A stretch of 59,531 nt of DNA, filler included, from Sphacelaria rigidula (Eukaryota): NCBI GenBank assembly GCA_964200075.2. It is 9 parts of 9 records of this genome, joined end to end, with 100 filler letters (N's around TTAATTAATTAA, not from the genome) between each part and the next. Parts side by side here need not be neighbours in the genome. Positions count along the whole stretch, not along the records: positions 19,879 to 26,404 come from CAXNAA020019545.1; positions 26,505 to 33,030 come from CAXNAA020019546.1; positions 33,131 to 39,656 come from CAXNAA020019547.1; 6 more parts are not named here. One strand, written 5' to 3'. The notes under the pieces were generated by a model that searched no databases, was not told where the DNA came from, and saw only the letters and a list, made by a program, of their open reading frames with translations. Below, one piece after another: positions 22,161 through 33,372 of this stretch (positions are counted from its first letter, which is position 1; each line of letters opens with the position of its first letter). Both the position numbers and the translations under genes were made by a program.

Positions 22161-25100
22161 AACACTTATCAACCAACCTTTCACTACCATAGTGCGAAAG
22201 GCACGGCAATTAATCAGGCAGGCCGACCTCTGGAAACGCGGTGACTCGAAATAGCACTAACAAACAAATTTGCCCAACCTGCGAATGTACGACCTTGTCA
22301 TTCCCCAATATTCAGCAAACGAAAGAAAGGGAGGTGTATTTGATGGCCTTACCGCATCACAGCCCACAAGCTGAGAGGAGTTGAAAACTACAGACAGTTC
22401 AACATTCCAAACCTCATCACGCATGAAATAAAGAAAAGTGTCAACCGTCTGGTGAAGAACAATTATCGGAGAGATGCGTGTTTCCTAGTCAGTACAGTAA
22501 CTCACTTCTCCAGAGGGGCACCAAAACAGCCCTTAGTTGTGATAGGAAAGTACATACTAGGAGCGGAAGCTGGAAAAGAGCACGATGAGAGTTGGCTCCT
22601 AAGCAGCCTCCAGAGCAACCATGGAAAAAGCAACACACCGGACGAGGGTCCATCATCGTTAAATTTGAAGCTCAACTTGTTGAGGCTCCCATCATGCTAC
22701 ATTCTGCGCCGTACCGCAATGAATCGGTAGCGTTACATTCCGCACTGACACATGTTCAACCGGCAGCCAGAGAAAACAACAATGTTTCAAGCAGGGGTTG
22801 TTGATTCCAAATCGAAACACCAATCTTCTTTTTCAAACCCGATCTTTAGTGATCACTGTTATGACTCAAACAACGCATCATCGCTCGCCAGGTATACAGA
22901 TGCGCCCCTAGCGCTATCTTGTGCATCAGCCCGTGTGAGAGTCGCAGCTGGAGTAAACGGCACCTCCGCTGAAAAAATCACAATCGATTCCGCAGCAGAT
23001 GTGCGTGTATCAACAAAACGGGCATAGATGAACACTCTGCCATCATGGCAGCTGATATAAAGCCAGTATCGTCGGGATCTATAGATCTCACAAGCGGGGC
23101 GGCTCCGGCACAAAAATCCTGGGGTTCATTCGTTTCGGGCTTACGTTGGGGATAGGAACCCTACCAGTATAGGCGTTTGTACAAACTCATCTGGGACCGG
23201 ATTGTCTATTACTAGCCGCGCATAATAACCGAGGAAGACACTCGATCGCCTGATGTACCTCAAGCATTCACGCGCATCATTGTTGCAGGGACAGCAGGCA
23301 CGTGGTCAGGGACGAGTAAAACCGAAATTGTTCAAATCGCCAACCCGTCAACCGACATGTAAACCCGGAACGCCAATCGATTTGAGGCTAAATCACCTCA
23401 ATACAAGAGACGAAACTCCGGAAAAACTTTATGATAACAAGGAACAAAAACCGAAGAAAGTTCATGTTTCCCCAAACATCCTCTCACGACTGTCTGCGCT
23501 ACTCCAGAGCGACGAAAAGCTGAAATCAAACCGTCGCTTACACAAATATGTGGTAATGTGCCAAAAGACCCTGCGCTGCAAATGGCTGAACCACAGTATC
23601 AACGTCAAATATCAGCTGAGAAGCTCGACCGTTTGAAGCCAGTGCCAAGTCACCGAGAGTTGTCAGTCAACCGCGAAAAAATTGCAACCAGAGCAAACAC
23701 GGGAATGCGCACATCATGTCAGGGTTGCCAACGCCGGAAAAACGGTCCCCAACCGGCCAAAAATTGCCGATGAGACACGTTACGGCAGGACGGCTATACG
23801 AAAGAGTGCCAGCAAACGTAGTCGAATACAAAACAACTTCGATGTCAAACGCTGGAGTACTAGGTAAATGTGTACTGTCCGTACTGGACCACCCCACAAG
23901 GTATGCTTTGCTCATTCCGGTGCCTGTAGATTTCTGTCGCTCAAGATCAGACTGCCATGTGGACTCCTCCCATCACGAGCACATGGACTTCAGCAGCTTT
24001 AGTTATTTATGTATTAACCACCAGCATAGTACAGGAGAACAGGACCATACCCTCTCTCCACCAGATTAGCAAAACCGGGCTCTCTCGTCATGGAGGTCTC
24101 ATCACAGAGTCCGGCAATCAGACCCGCAACTCCACGCACGTAATGTCCCCAACCTTAGGTAACAATGGTGACTAGAGTCTACAGCACCCCCCAAGCTCTC
24201 TACTCCCAACAAGTAGTTACATCAGAGCTTAAGAAACTCAGACATCATTGATGCCTGATAGTTTTGTCGTTTTCCCCGAAAATTAGCAATCCCCTCCGCT
24301 GCTTTCAACAACAGCTCCATACAAGCTTGCCCCACTTCTGAACAACTCACAAGGGATCCCAAGAAAATATCGTCCATCATGAACATGCAATCACGCTACT
24401 TGCACCACTTCGACTTACAAAGCGATAGCTAGCACCAAATTCTCAAATCTTCGCCCAAAAGAAGTATTTTCACTTTTTTGGCACGAAAACGGAAATGTCA
24501 GCGAACGTCAAATTCCAGAGCATTCGTGACTCATCGTCCCTCTCATCCGAGACAAGGTACTTCTCAACATACAAAATGCACTATTTGTACTTTCAACACC
24601 TGCGCGACGGAGTGCAACAGCCAAATGATACATCATCATCACGCTAGAAGGACATAAGCACCCAACACGTCTAAAGCGTACCTGGTCTCTTGCTTCTGCA
24701 ACACCGTAAACAACGTATGCATCGCATGCCTCCCCGCCGTTCGATGCTTCAACTTGCCATCATTTCATCAAGACAATAAAAGGAAAGCCATGACTCAAAC
24801 CGCTATTCAAGTCATGCATACTAATCCAACGACGGCGAGCGATCCTCGATCTCCGCCATAATTGATCACCCCTCGTGATCTCGTTTCCGGCCTACACATA
24901 TCGTATCTTTCAGCTCATTTTCACGCTAACAGCAGCAATCTATATATCCTGCAGTCAGTACGTGCAAACCGCACAAAAATGATTCGACTGTGTTCCTACG
25001 CGAGTAATATTATACGAGGTTCACTTCATATAGCATACAGCAGTATATTGAAAACTGCCCCACCCTAGGTCGTCGCCAGATACCATTCATATCATTACCA

Positions 25101-26569
25101 TTCGAGCAAAAATTCGCACATACCTGCCAAATTTCCACTTAGCATATGAAAATCCGCACATGCATGCCAATATTTCACTCAACTCATGCAATGCCACCTT
25201 CCTCGCAGCAAACACCATGCATCGTCCGTGCCAATCAGAACAACACACACATGCCAAATATCCACGTGTACGCCAGAGTTTTACCCTGCACACGCGATAC
25301 GATCATACTCGCTCAACAACCATGTTTCATGCGCAAGCAGGACCACGAACCACACAACAAGCTGAATTCATTCTCAAAACGATTCGCATATTCCAGTCAT
25401 AATGTGTTTCCTCATTCTCAGCAAGCACTCAATCACCACAGCACTTGCTCCTCAACATCATGACCCAACTCGGCGCTCACCACAACAGCGAACACCTCAG
25501 GTAATGCCTTATTTGTAGTCCTCCAGCCCGCTTCTGAGAAACAGCAGCACTCGAACCACAACCCCGTGCATAGTGTAGAGTAGCCTTTCTTCTCTTACAT
25601 TCCCTCCTTGCACCTTCAGTCTAGCTACACCTGGCAGCCCCATGGTGTAGCTCAACCCACCTCTACAAGGTATACTCGCACCGCCAAACCAATGCGACAG
25701 ATCATCTGCCTCCACAGATACTTGGGCAGTACAGAACACCTGTGCTTCAGTCAGTTTTACAGAGGAAACCAGAGGCGGAACGGGAACAGCTACGCAGTTC
25801 CGAACAGCAACACCTCCTGATGGCACACTATCCTCCTCAAACACCCCGCGGCGAAACAGTGGAGACACCTCCGCCATCGCCGCCAAATACGCCAAAGCCG
25901 TCCATGTAAACAAACAGCAGTGCACACGACCACCCCAACACCACGCGGCGCTCGTCGTCGCCGTCAGAATTGTGATCGCTGACAGCATCACGAGCTTGCA
26001 GCTCGCTCTGCGTACCCGCTTCACGCAGGTCACACGCCGCTGTTGTTTCGATCATACAAGGTGTGTCCACAGCTACGCGCTGCTCCTGCGGAAATTCCGC
26101 CAACCCGGCATCCACCTGTCCTTCAAGCAGACACCCCTGCGAATCATCTGAACGATCTCCCGCCATGTCACTGGCGCAGATAGATTCACCATGAGTACGG
26201 CAAGCCCCAAGCTCACCCTGCTCGCTCGCCATACGCGAATAACATCCCCTGCAGCTTCGAGCATGCAAGGAGTATCTCCAGCTACGCGCTGGTCCGGCGG
26301 CAACAAGCGACTGGGACCTCCGCCCACCAGTACTTGCTCATTGGCCCATGTAGGCCCCGCCCTCTCAACATCGCCAACAGCAGCAGCAGTATCACCCATA
26401 CTCGNNNNNNNNNNNNNNNNNNNNNNNNNNNNNNNNNNNNNNNNNNNNTTAATTAATTAANNNNNNNNNNNNNNNNNNNNNNNNNNNNNNNNNNNNNNNN
26501 NNNNACCGCTTTTCACTCTCAATCGTATCATCTACTCTCAATCTCACGAAAACACTGTTGATTGCAGAG

Positions 26570-27500
26570 TACTGGCTTTTCGGTAAGCGTCTTGAATAAT
26601 TCGCGGGTGATATTCTCCATATCGGTTGTGAAGGAAAGCACGGCTCCTTTCTTCAGTAGCTCAGTAAGGGGGCGGATCCGTTTTGATAGATGCGGCAAAA
26701 TTTGCGGTAGTAGGATAGTCCGCCCAACAATGAGCGAAGTTGAGAAATGTTAGTTGGCATCGGCAAATCAGCCATCGCCTTGACTGTGTTTGTATCCGGA
26801 TGCAGGCCTGCTGGCGAAATGGAATGCCCCAGGAAATCCAAGTCAGTCGCACCAAGGCGAGCTTTGGATGGAGACAGTTTCAAATCGTGTGTGCGTAGGC
26901 GAGAAAGAAATTATCGTAGAGTGCGGATACGTGCAATAGGTGAGGCATCGAAAGCGATAGCATCATCCAGGTACATGATGATGTGCTCGAAGCCCTCGGT
27001 GACGCGTTGCATTAAGCGTTGAAAGCATCCCAGGGCAGTGGCAGCACCTTGTGGCATTCGAAGCCACTCGTAGAGTCCGGACGAGGTACAAAAGGCCGTC
27101 AGTGGGACTGTGTCAGGGTGAATAGCACTCTGAATGAAACCAGACGCGAGGTCGAAGGTGCTGAATATTTTTCCTTCGCCTAAGGAGTCGAAGACTTTAT
27201 CAATGCGGGGAGATGGAAGTTTACCGACCACAGTGACGCGGTTCAACCATTGATAATTCACGGTTATGATCATGTTTCCATCCTTTTGGGGGACGACCAC
27301 AAGGGACGAGGCCCAAGGAGAGGAGGAATGTTGTATTAATCCCGCTCCCAGATATGCGTCCAAGATGGCGTTCACCTTCTTGGTAAGGACTGGATTTGTT
27401 CGGTACGGTCGAGAAGAGATCGGCGAGACGCCGGGTTGGAGGGTATAACCTCAAAGGCAGCGTTTTGCATTGCCCACGATTCGTCTTGGATCGGGAAAAT
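26570..27500 (-). pseudogene. Gypsy reverse transcriptase, frameshifted
   Basis: SSSPWASSLVVVPQKDG, FSTFDLASGFIQ, TAFCTSSGLYEWLRMPQG, FQRLM, MYLDD, FLGHSIS, LRSLLGGLSYYRKF, ...KPVL. Confidence 0.95.
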
Positions 27501-28289
27501 CGGTCTTGGTACTGTAGCAGGACATCACTGAGTTCTCGGATGACTGCCGGTTCCCAGCCGGACCCATGAAGGTCAAAACTGATGTCGCGCATGTGCGGCG
27601 GTAGTTGGTGCCACATTCGCAAGAAACTATTCCGAGAATCTGGTGATGAGCGCTGAAGCACTTCAGCAGGAGGATCGGAATTTGACTGGGCAAGATCCAC
27701 GGTGTGGACCTGGGATGGAGTCGCAGGGGCGAGGTCGAAATAAGCTTCATCGACACAATGGAATAACTACGCCGGAGATATGGCGTTTGGCGCAGCAGGC
27801 TCTGTTACGCACGTCTCGAGTGGGATGTGCATCAGGGAAGGAGCGGCGATTCCTAAAGTACCGCCGGGTTCCAAGTTAGCATGACCCGTAAGAAGGAGGA
27901 TTTGTTGTCCCGCCGGGACAAAATGTTCTGTGTCGGCTGGTGCGCCGATACGGGGTAACAATTCGGCAAGATAATGACCCGTAAGTGCTGGCATGCCATT
28001 TCGGCGAACTAGTGATTGATTGATTAATCGTCGCACTTTAACTGACCCCCCAGGGGTCCAGCCGTGGTCTCATGATAGACGTACCCGAGAAAACTAATGC
28101 AACTTCTAAAAGTTGAGGATCGTCGGAGAATGTAATACCAACGCTACCGTTGTATTGTAGGTGGCAAGCAGTCCAGTTGCTTGAGTATTCTTCTGGTAGG
28201 CCAGGGCGCCGAGGAGAACACCAAAGTGTTCAAGGTTGAATTCTCCACGAGGCGTGGGATGTAGAAATAGCGGTGGAAGCGTGCGGTAG

Positions 28290-28620
28290 GTTCGTTTATT
28301 TAACCGCATATAGCTATCTCTGCCAAATAATATGGCGTGGTGCATTGTGTTGTCGGGGACAATGTATGCCCAGACTGCCAGGCTGGCAGAACGAGTGGTG
28401 TTGTGAAAAAATTGCCAGTCGTGTCGTCAGGGGTGCGGCAGAATAACCGAAACCGCCCCATACTCGAGGTCGGGTGGTGGTTTCGCAAGCTGCAGTAGCA
28501 GCACCAGTCTGTTCCATGTGTTTTCATGTTGATTCTCGAATAACTATTTGCGGGCTGCCGCTGTTCAACAAGGATACGCATACCGTAGGCGTGGTAGCGT
28601 TTGGACCAGAGTGGATCGCA
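28290..28620 (-). pseudogene. Retroviral-type aspartic protease remnant
   Basis: VSLLNSGSPQ (D-S-G motif with Asp to Asn, ~28557-28571) followed by a stop, WGGFG flap-like segment and AILFGRD. Confidence 0.75.
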
Positions 28621-29833
28621 ACGCGTGTAGTTAAAGTAGCCGGATCCACAGACACTATACCGCCGACAAGATCCGGACCGTGTTCCGGCAAGGTAAATTG
28701 GTCAGGATCACAGGACTAACAGCAATAATTCACGGCGGGTGATCCGCCGGTGGGTCAGATTTCTCACCAGAGAAGAGTGTGGACGGTATATTATTTCCAG
28801 GTGTGGCACTGTCGGAGTGGCCATTAGCAATCTCGTAAATGATCGTTTTGGATTTACAGGGATCGCCGTCCGAGGGAGGTCTAGATTGTGCGGGGCTGGA
28901 GTCGTCAATTGAAGAAGTAGTGACGTCAGAAATATTCGATTTTGTTTCTTCCGTGAGACTTGATGGAGCCGTCGAGCTCAAAGTCGTCGCAATGTGGAGA
29001 GATTGAGGTCAAGGATTTCCGCTCGAAAGAGGTGTACGTGATGATGCGCGTGCGTCCTGGGGGGCATGCTTACGGGGTTTTCTCCTTCGCTGTGACAATT
29101 GTCGGGAAACTTCCGAAACATTTTGGGATAATACCACGATGCGTCCAGTCGGGTGGATGGGGTCAGCATCGGGGCATGACGGAGCGAAAGTTGTGGGCTT
29201 CTTTCCGGAGGCGGGCTTGGCTGGTGGGTCATGAAGGTATATTGGGGCGATTATTGTCAGAACCGGCCGAAGGTAGGTCCGTGCGTGTTGAAAATTGTGG
29301 GGAAGGAGCTCGATCCAACTGGTTGGGAAATACATTACCCAATGTGATCAAGATCAAATCAGCATTACCTGGGTCAGCTGAAAAAGTCTTGCTACTACCT
29401 GTGCGTGCGGTCGCTGAGGGAAGCTTTTGCCTCAGGGACTGGCGGTTGGTCCTCCCACACCTCAGACTTATACTCAGCACTAAAGGACCAAGTTCAGGGC
29501 CGGGTGTAGGTCTGAGTCGCGGGGTGACACAACTGTTACGCGGTGTGTGGAGGGATCAAGACGGGGGTCGATTTTAACGGCCGTCAGTTGCGCTCCTGCA
29601 TAGTGCCGGGGGAGCCGGGCGAATAATCCTAGTCGCGGGCTCAGCGGGCTGTGTTGAAAAGTGTGTGGAAGTTGGAGACGGGGGTCGACATGAACGGCCG
29701 TCTGTAATGCTCCTGGGTAATGCCGTGGGAGTCAGGGGAGCAATCTTAGTCACGGACTCGGCGTGCTGTGTTGAAAAATCTTTGCTACTGCTGTCGGCGG
29801 CGCGGAAGCCCGTAGAACGCCGGCGTCGGCACG

Positions 29834-30904
29834 TCATGGGTCTACGCGATCCGTAGTGAAGGTACCAGGGTTTCTGGTATTGGGGTTCGAGTTTTGTGTC
29901 GGCCTCGTCCGCTGATGTTTATCACGGGATCGTTTGTTGTCGCGAGAATTGTGATCGTTCTGGCGAGGGCTTGCATTCTTGTTGTTCTGTCGGCGACTGC
30001 GATGAGAGCTTTTGTGGCCACGTGGGTTCGAATTATTACGATAATTTCGATTTGGTGGGCGATAGTCGCGCATGCGTTTTTGCCATCGGCGCCATGCTGG
30101 TTCATTGTCCTGCAATTCAGGGTTCATGAGATTAAAGGTATTGATGCATGGACTGTCGCAGTCACGCATACTGTGGCCGTGAACACTACAGTTGATGCAA
30201 TTGTTGGCATGACTGCTGAAGGCATTGCGTCTAGCAGGAGACGAAAGAAGTGGGTTCCACAAATGGAGATCATCTGTGGTGAATGCCGTTGTTGAAGTCA
30301 AATCAATATCATCCCAAGGTTCCTCAGAAAACGGCCTACCATCAAAACTCGCACTGAATGCATCTCTGTTACTTCGAACATGCATAACTGAATCAGCGAC
30401 CGAGTCGGGGGTCCATGAAGCGCGAGATGAACTCGAGGTCGTGCCGCGAGACCCTTGAGCGTGAGCGGAGGACACAACCGTGAGTTGTACACGCAGAGGC
30501 GTAGAGGGTTTGCCACGTATGGCGGGCGTTAGATTACCCCCTTGGTGTACAAAAGCAGACCACATAGCATCAACAGAGGCGTAAGGCACCTCGCGATGCG
30601 CCAAAACACCCGGAAATAACGACGGCATCAGCGCCGGATTTTGTTGAGCGATGCTATTGCGAACGTAAGTCTGACACATTGCGTCGCTCGGTCCGTTTTG
30701 GCGTCTAACACCCGTAGTACCAGAGACCAAAAACTTATATTCGCGAGGATAATCTGCGAAGCGGACATCCGATGCGACAGGGAAAGAACTCAGCCTCTGG
30801 ATGGCGCTTGCTTTGTCACTTTTGTCAAAATAACCTATCAGACGCCTTTCCAGATCAGAGAGCAATACCGGGCCTATCTTCCCCTTGGAACGATCCGGAT
30901 CCAT
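29834..30904 (-). CDS. Gag-like ORF remnant (356 aa) with CCHC zinc knuckle
   Basis: CINCSVHGHSMRDC = CX2CX4HX4C followed by an R/N-rich basic tail. Lies upstream of protease/RT on the same strand. Confidence 0.8.
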   Translation of the reverse strand: MDPDRSKGKIGPVLLSDLERRLIGYFDKSDKASAIQRLSSFPVASDVRFADYPREYKFLVSGTTGVRRQNGPSDAMCQTYVRNSIAQQNPALMPSLFPGVLAHREVPYASVDAMWSAFVHQGGNLTPAIRGKPSTPLRVQLTVVSSAHAQGSRGTTSSSSRASWTPDSVADSVMHVRSNRDAFSASFDGRPFSEEPWDDIDLTSTTAFTTDDLHLWNPLLSSPARRNAFSSHANNCINCSVHGHSMRDCDSPCINTFNLMNPELQDNEPAWRRWQKRMRDYRPPNRNYRNNSNPRGHKSSHRSRRQNNKNASPRQNDHNSRDNKRSRDKHQRTRPTQNSNPNTRNPGTFTTDRVDP

Positions 30905-33299
30905 TTCGGCGAGGAAGCCGTCGAGGATTTATGTTGAAGAAGCAGCGATGTCGGGAGAGCGGTGACTGATGGACCGATGTAATGTTTTATGCAATGGGGT
31001 CTGTCAGTCGTCTACCCAATTGGGATCTTCAAAGCGTTGGACGCCAGTTGCATCCGCCAAGTGAAGAATATTGCAAACTGTACGGCGAATGGATGTGATG
31101 AGGACAGAAGTTAACTATCCCGCATCTTCGTTATCCGCAGTAGCAATGTTTTCGATATGCCAAAGCTTTTTCACGTCCATCTGGATATACTGTCTCTGTA
31201 TTTCAGCTACTCGGGCAGACTCAATTCTATCGGAAGCTGCTTTTTTAATAGCTTTGGAACGTTCTTTGTCGGCCGTAGCGGTTGCTAAAGCGCGGGCTGC
31301 AGTAGAAGACAATGGGCGGTCTGGTGTGTCCGAATCAGATATACCCAAAATGCAACCCGAAACATCGGCAAACTTAGGTATCACTTGCCTGGGTGTCACC
31401 GAACCCAAGGGGGGCAGGTCTGTGCTAGATCGGTTCCAACCTGGCGCGGAAGATCCGGAAGAGTTGCCTCCTATTTTCTTCCGGGTCGAGCCGTGGTTAT
31501 TATGGACCGGGTGGTTCGGTCCGGAACCGCCCGAGGAGGATTTTCCGTCGCCATGGCGGCGGTGTGGGCTTCCTCCAACGTTGTCGTCGTCATCCCGCCG
31601 GTGGTTCTTCTTCTTGCCTCTTCAGTTGGCACTCGTGGGAGTCCAACCATCATCATCCTGATCATCGTCGGCGATGGTGGCGCCGGGGTCAGAGGGGTAA
31701 GCGGCACGTAGCGCCGCAAAAAGATCGATGACAGTTTCGACGTAATGCTGATGATCAGGGCTGTCGCCGATGGTCATGTGGAGAACAAGTTGGCCCAGGG
31801 TGAGGGACGGTATGTCGTCGTCGGGGAATAATCCGCCCTGGTCCACGTAAAGACCAATAACGTGGTGAAGACGTTGCGACACCAAGTTCAAGGCTTGACG
31901 GGAGCAATGTAGGTGGTTGGTCCGGAGGAACGGACCGGTGTGATTGGCCGCGGAACGACAAAGCCACGTTTGTTCGTGAGGTGTGAGTTGCAGGCCTGGT
32001 GTCGGGCCGGCATTGGCCGTCGAGCTAGCTGCTCGAAGCGGGGGTGTTGGGGCCGTCTTGGGGACAGCAGCGGCCGCAGCGTACGACGATTGGTCGGGCT
32101 TACGTGAAATAGTGAAAGTAGATGTACCGATCTTGGGCTGGGCCTTGTGAGCCGAAGGCTGGTGAGAAGGGCAACCACTGAGCGGGTTGCCGGCGGACGG
32201 CGGAGAGGCCTAATGGTTGGTCGGGCGGGCCACCGATGTAGCCGCTTCGTGAGCGGTCCGTCGGACATGGTCCTCGACGTCCCGCACTCGTCTCTGGGCC
32301 GCAATGGCAGCAGTGCGACCTTCCTGCAGGACCCGTTGAGCAGCGGAGTTCGTAGTTTGTGCGTTTGAAGCCTGCCGCTGAAGATCTCTTTGCATGTCAG
32401 CATGTTCCTCCGCTAGGAGGCGTGCAGCAGCGGCGTCAGCCTCACGTTGTTACTCTATGATGTCCTTGGCAAGCGCTGGCGCTTGTGAGGCGTAATCCTC
32501 GATAAGCATTAACTGTTCCGCGCGGGGGCAGTTCCTGAACAGCCTCAAGAGGAGGCCAGTCGGGCAGTGCTCGTCGTCGAGCGGAGGGAGATCCTCCACA
32601 CGGGGGCGAGGGCACGGGGGCACGGGGGCATCCGTGACGGGACCAGTGGTTGGGCCACCATCAGCGTCGATATCGACGGCAGACGGGGCGGCAACGGTTG
32701 TGGGAGCCGTGACTGTAGTCGTCGGTTACTCCCTTGTTTCCATTCTTGACCTAATCAGTTCTCGCTCGAGATCTGTCAGTCGTTGTTGGAGGGAGCGAAC
32801 AATCGCAGCATCAGAGCGGGACGAGGGGCCGAGGTCATTGCGGGGCCGTCGGTTGTGCGATGAATTACGGCTGGATCCCTCAATTGAGGACTCGAGAGCT
32901 GGTGACATGTCCGAAAATAAATTCTGGATGTCGTCAGCATGTTCAGTATTATCATTGAACAGCCGATTTTATATTTTGGGGTTCAAACAAAATATGGGGC
33001 TGAAGTGGCATATCTCTCTTGCACGAAAGANNNNNNNNNNNNNNNNNNNNNNNNNNNNNNNNNNNNNNNNNNNNTTAATTAATTAANNNNNNNNNNNNNN
33101 NNNNNNNNNNNNNNNNNNNNNNNNNNNNNNCTAGAATCGTTAGGAGCCTCTGAACTAGACAAAATTTCGCGAAAAAAGTGCACCCCTACCGTAGCATTCC
33201 TCTACATTGAACAACAACGGCGTGGTAGGGAAAAAAAAAGTCGACTGAGGATCAAAGTCTCGATCAATACCTCACAACAACGGATTGGTGGGGAAAAAA

Positions 33300-33372
33300 A
33301 GCCGACTGAGAGGATTGAACTCTCGACCTACACCTTACGAAGGTGCCGCTACTACCACTGAGCTAAGCCGGC
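33300..33372 (-). tRNA. tRNA-Thr(CGT), with one extra base in the D stem (possibly a pseudogene)
   Basis: GCCGGCT/AGTCGGC acceptor stem, TAGCTCAGTGGTAG A box, GCACC-TTCGTAA-GGTGT anticodon arm, GAGAG-TTCAATC-CTCTC T arm, followed by an oligo-T Pol III terminator. Confidence 0.8.

Larger units (their letters stand above)
26565..32910 (-). mobile_element. Decayed Ty3/gypsy LTR retrotransposon internal region (long gag-like region, protease, RT; truncated before RNase H/integrase)
   Basis: Domain order: gag zinc knuckle, protease, RT. Multiple stops and frameshifts. No LTR pair visible in the contig. Confidence 0.93.
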
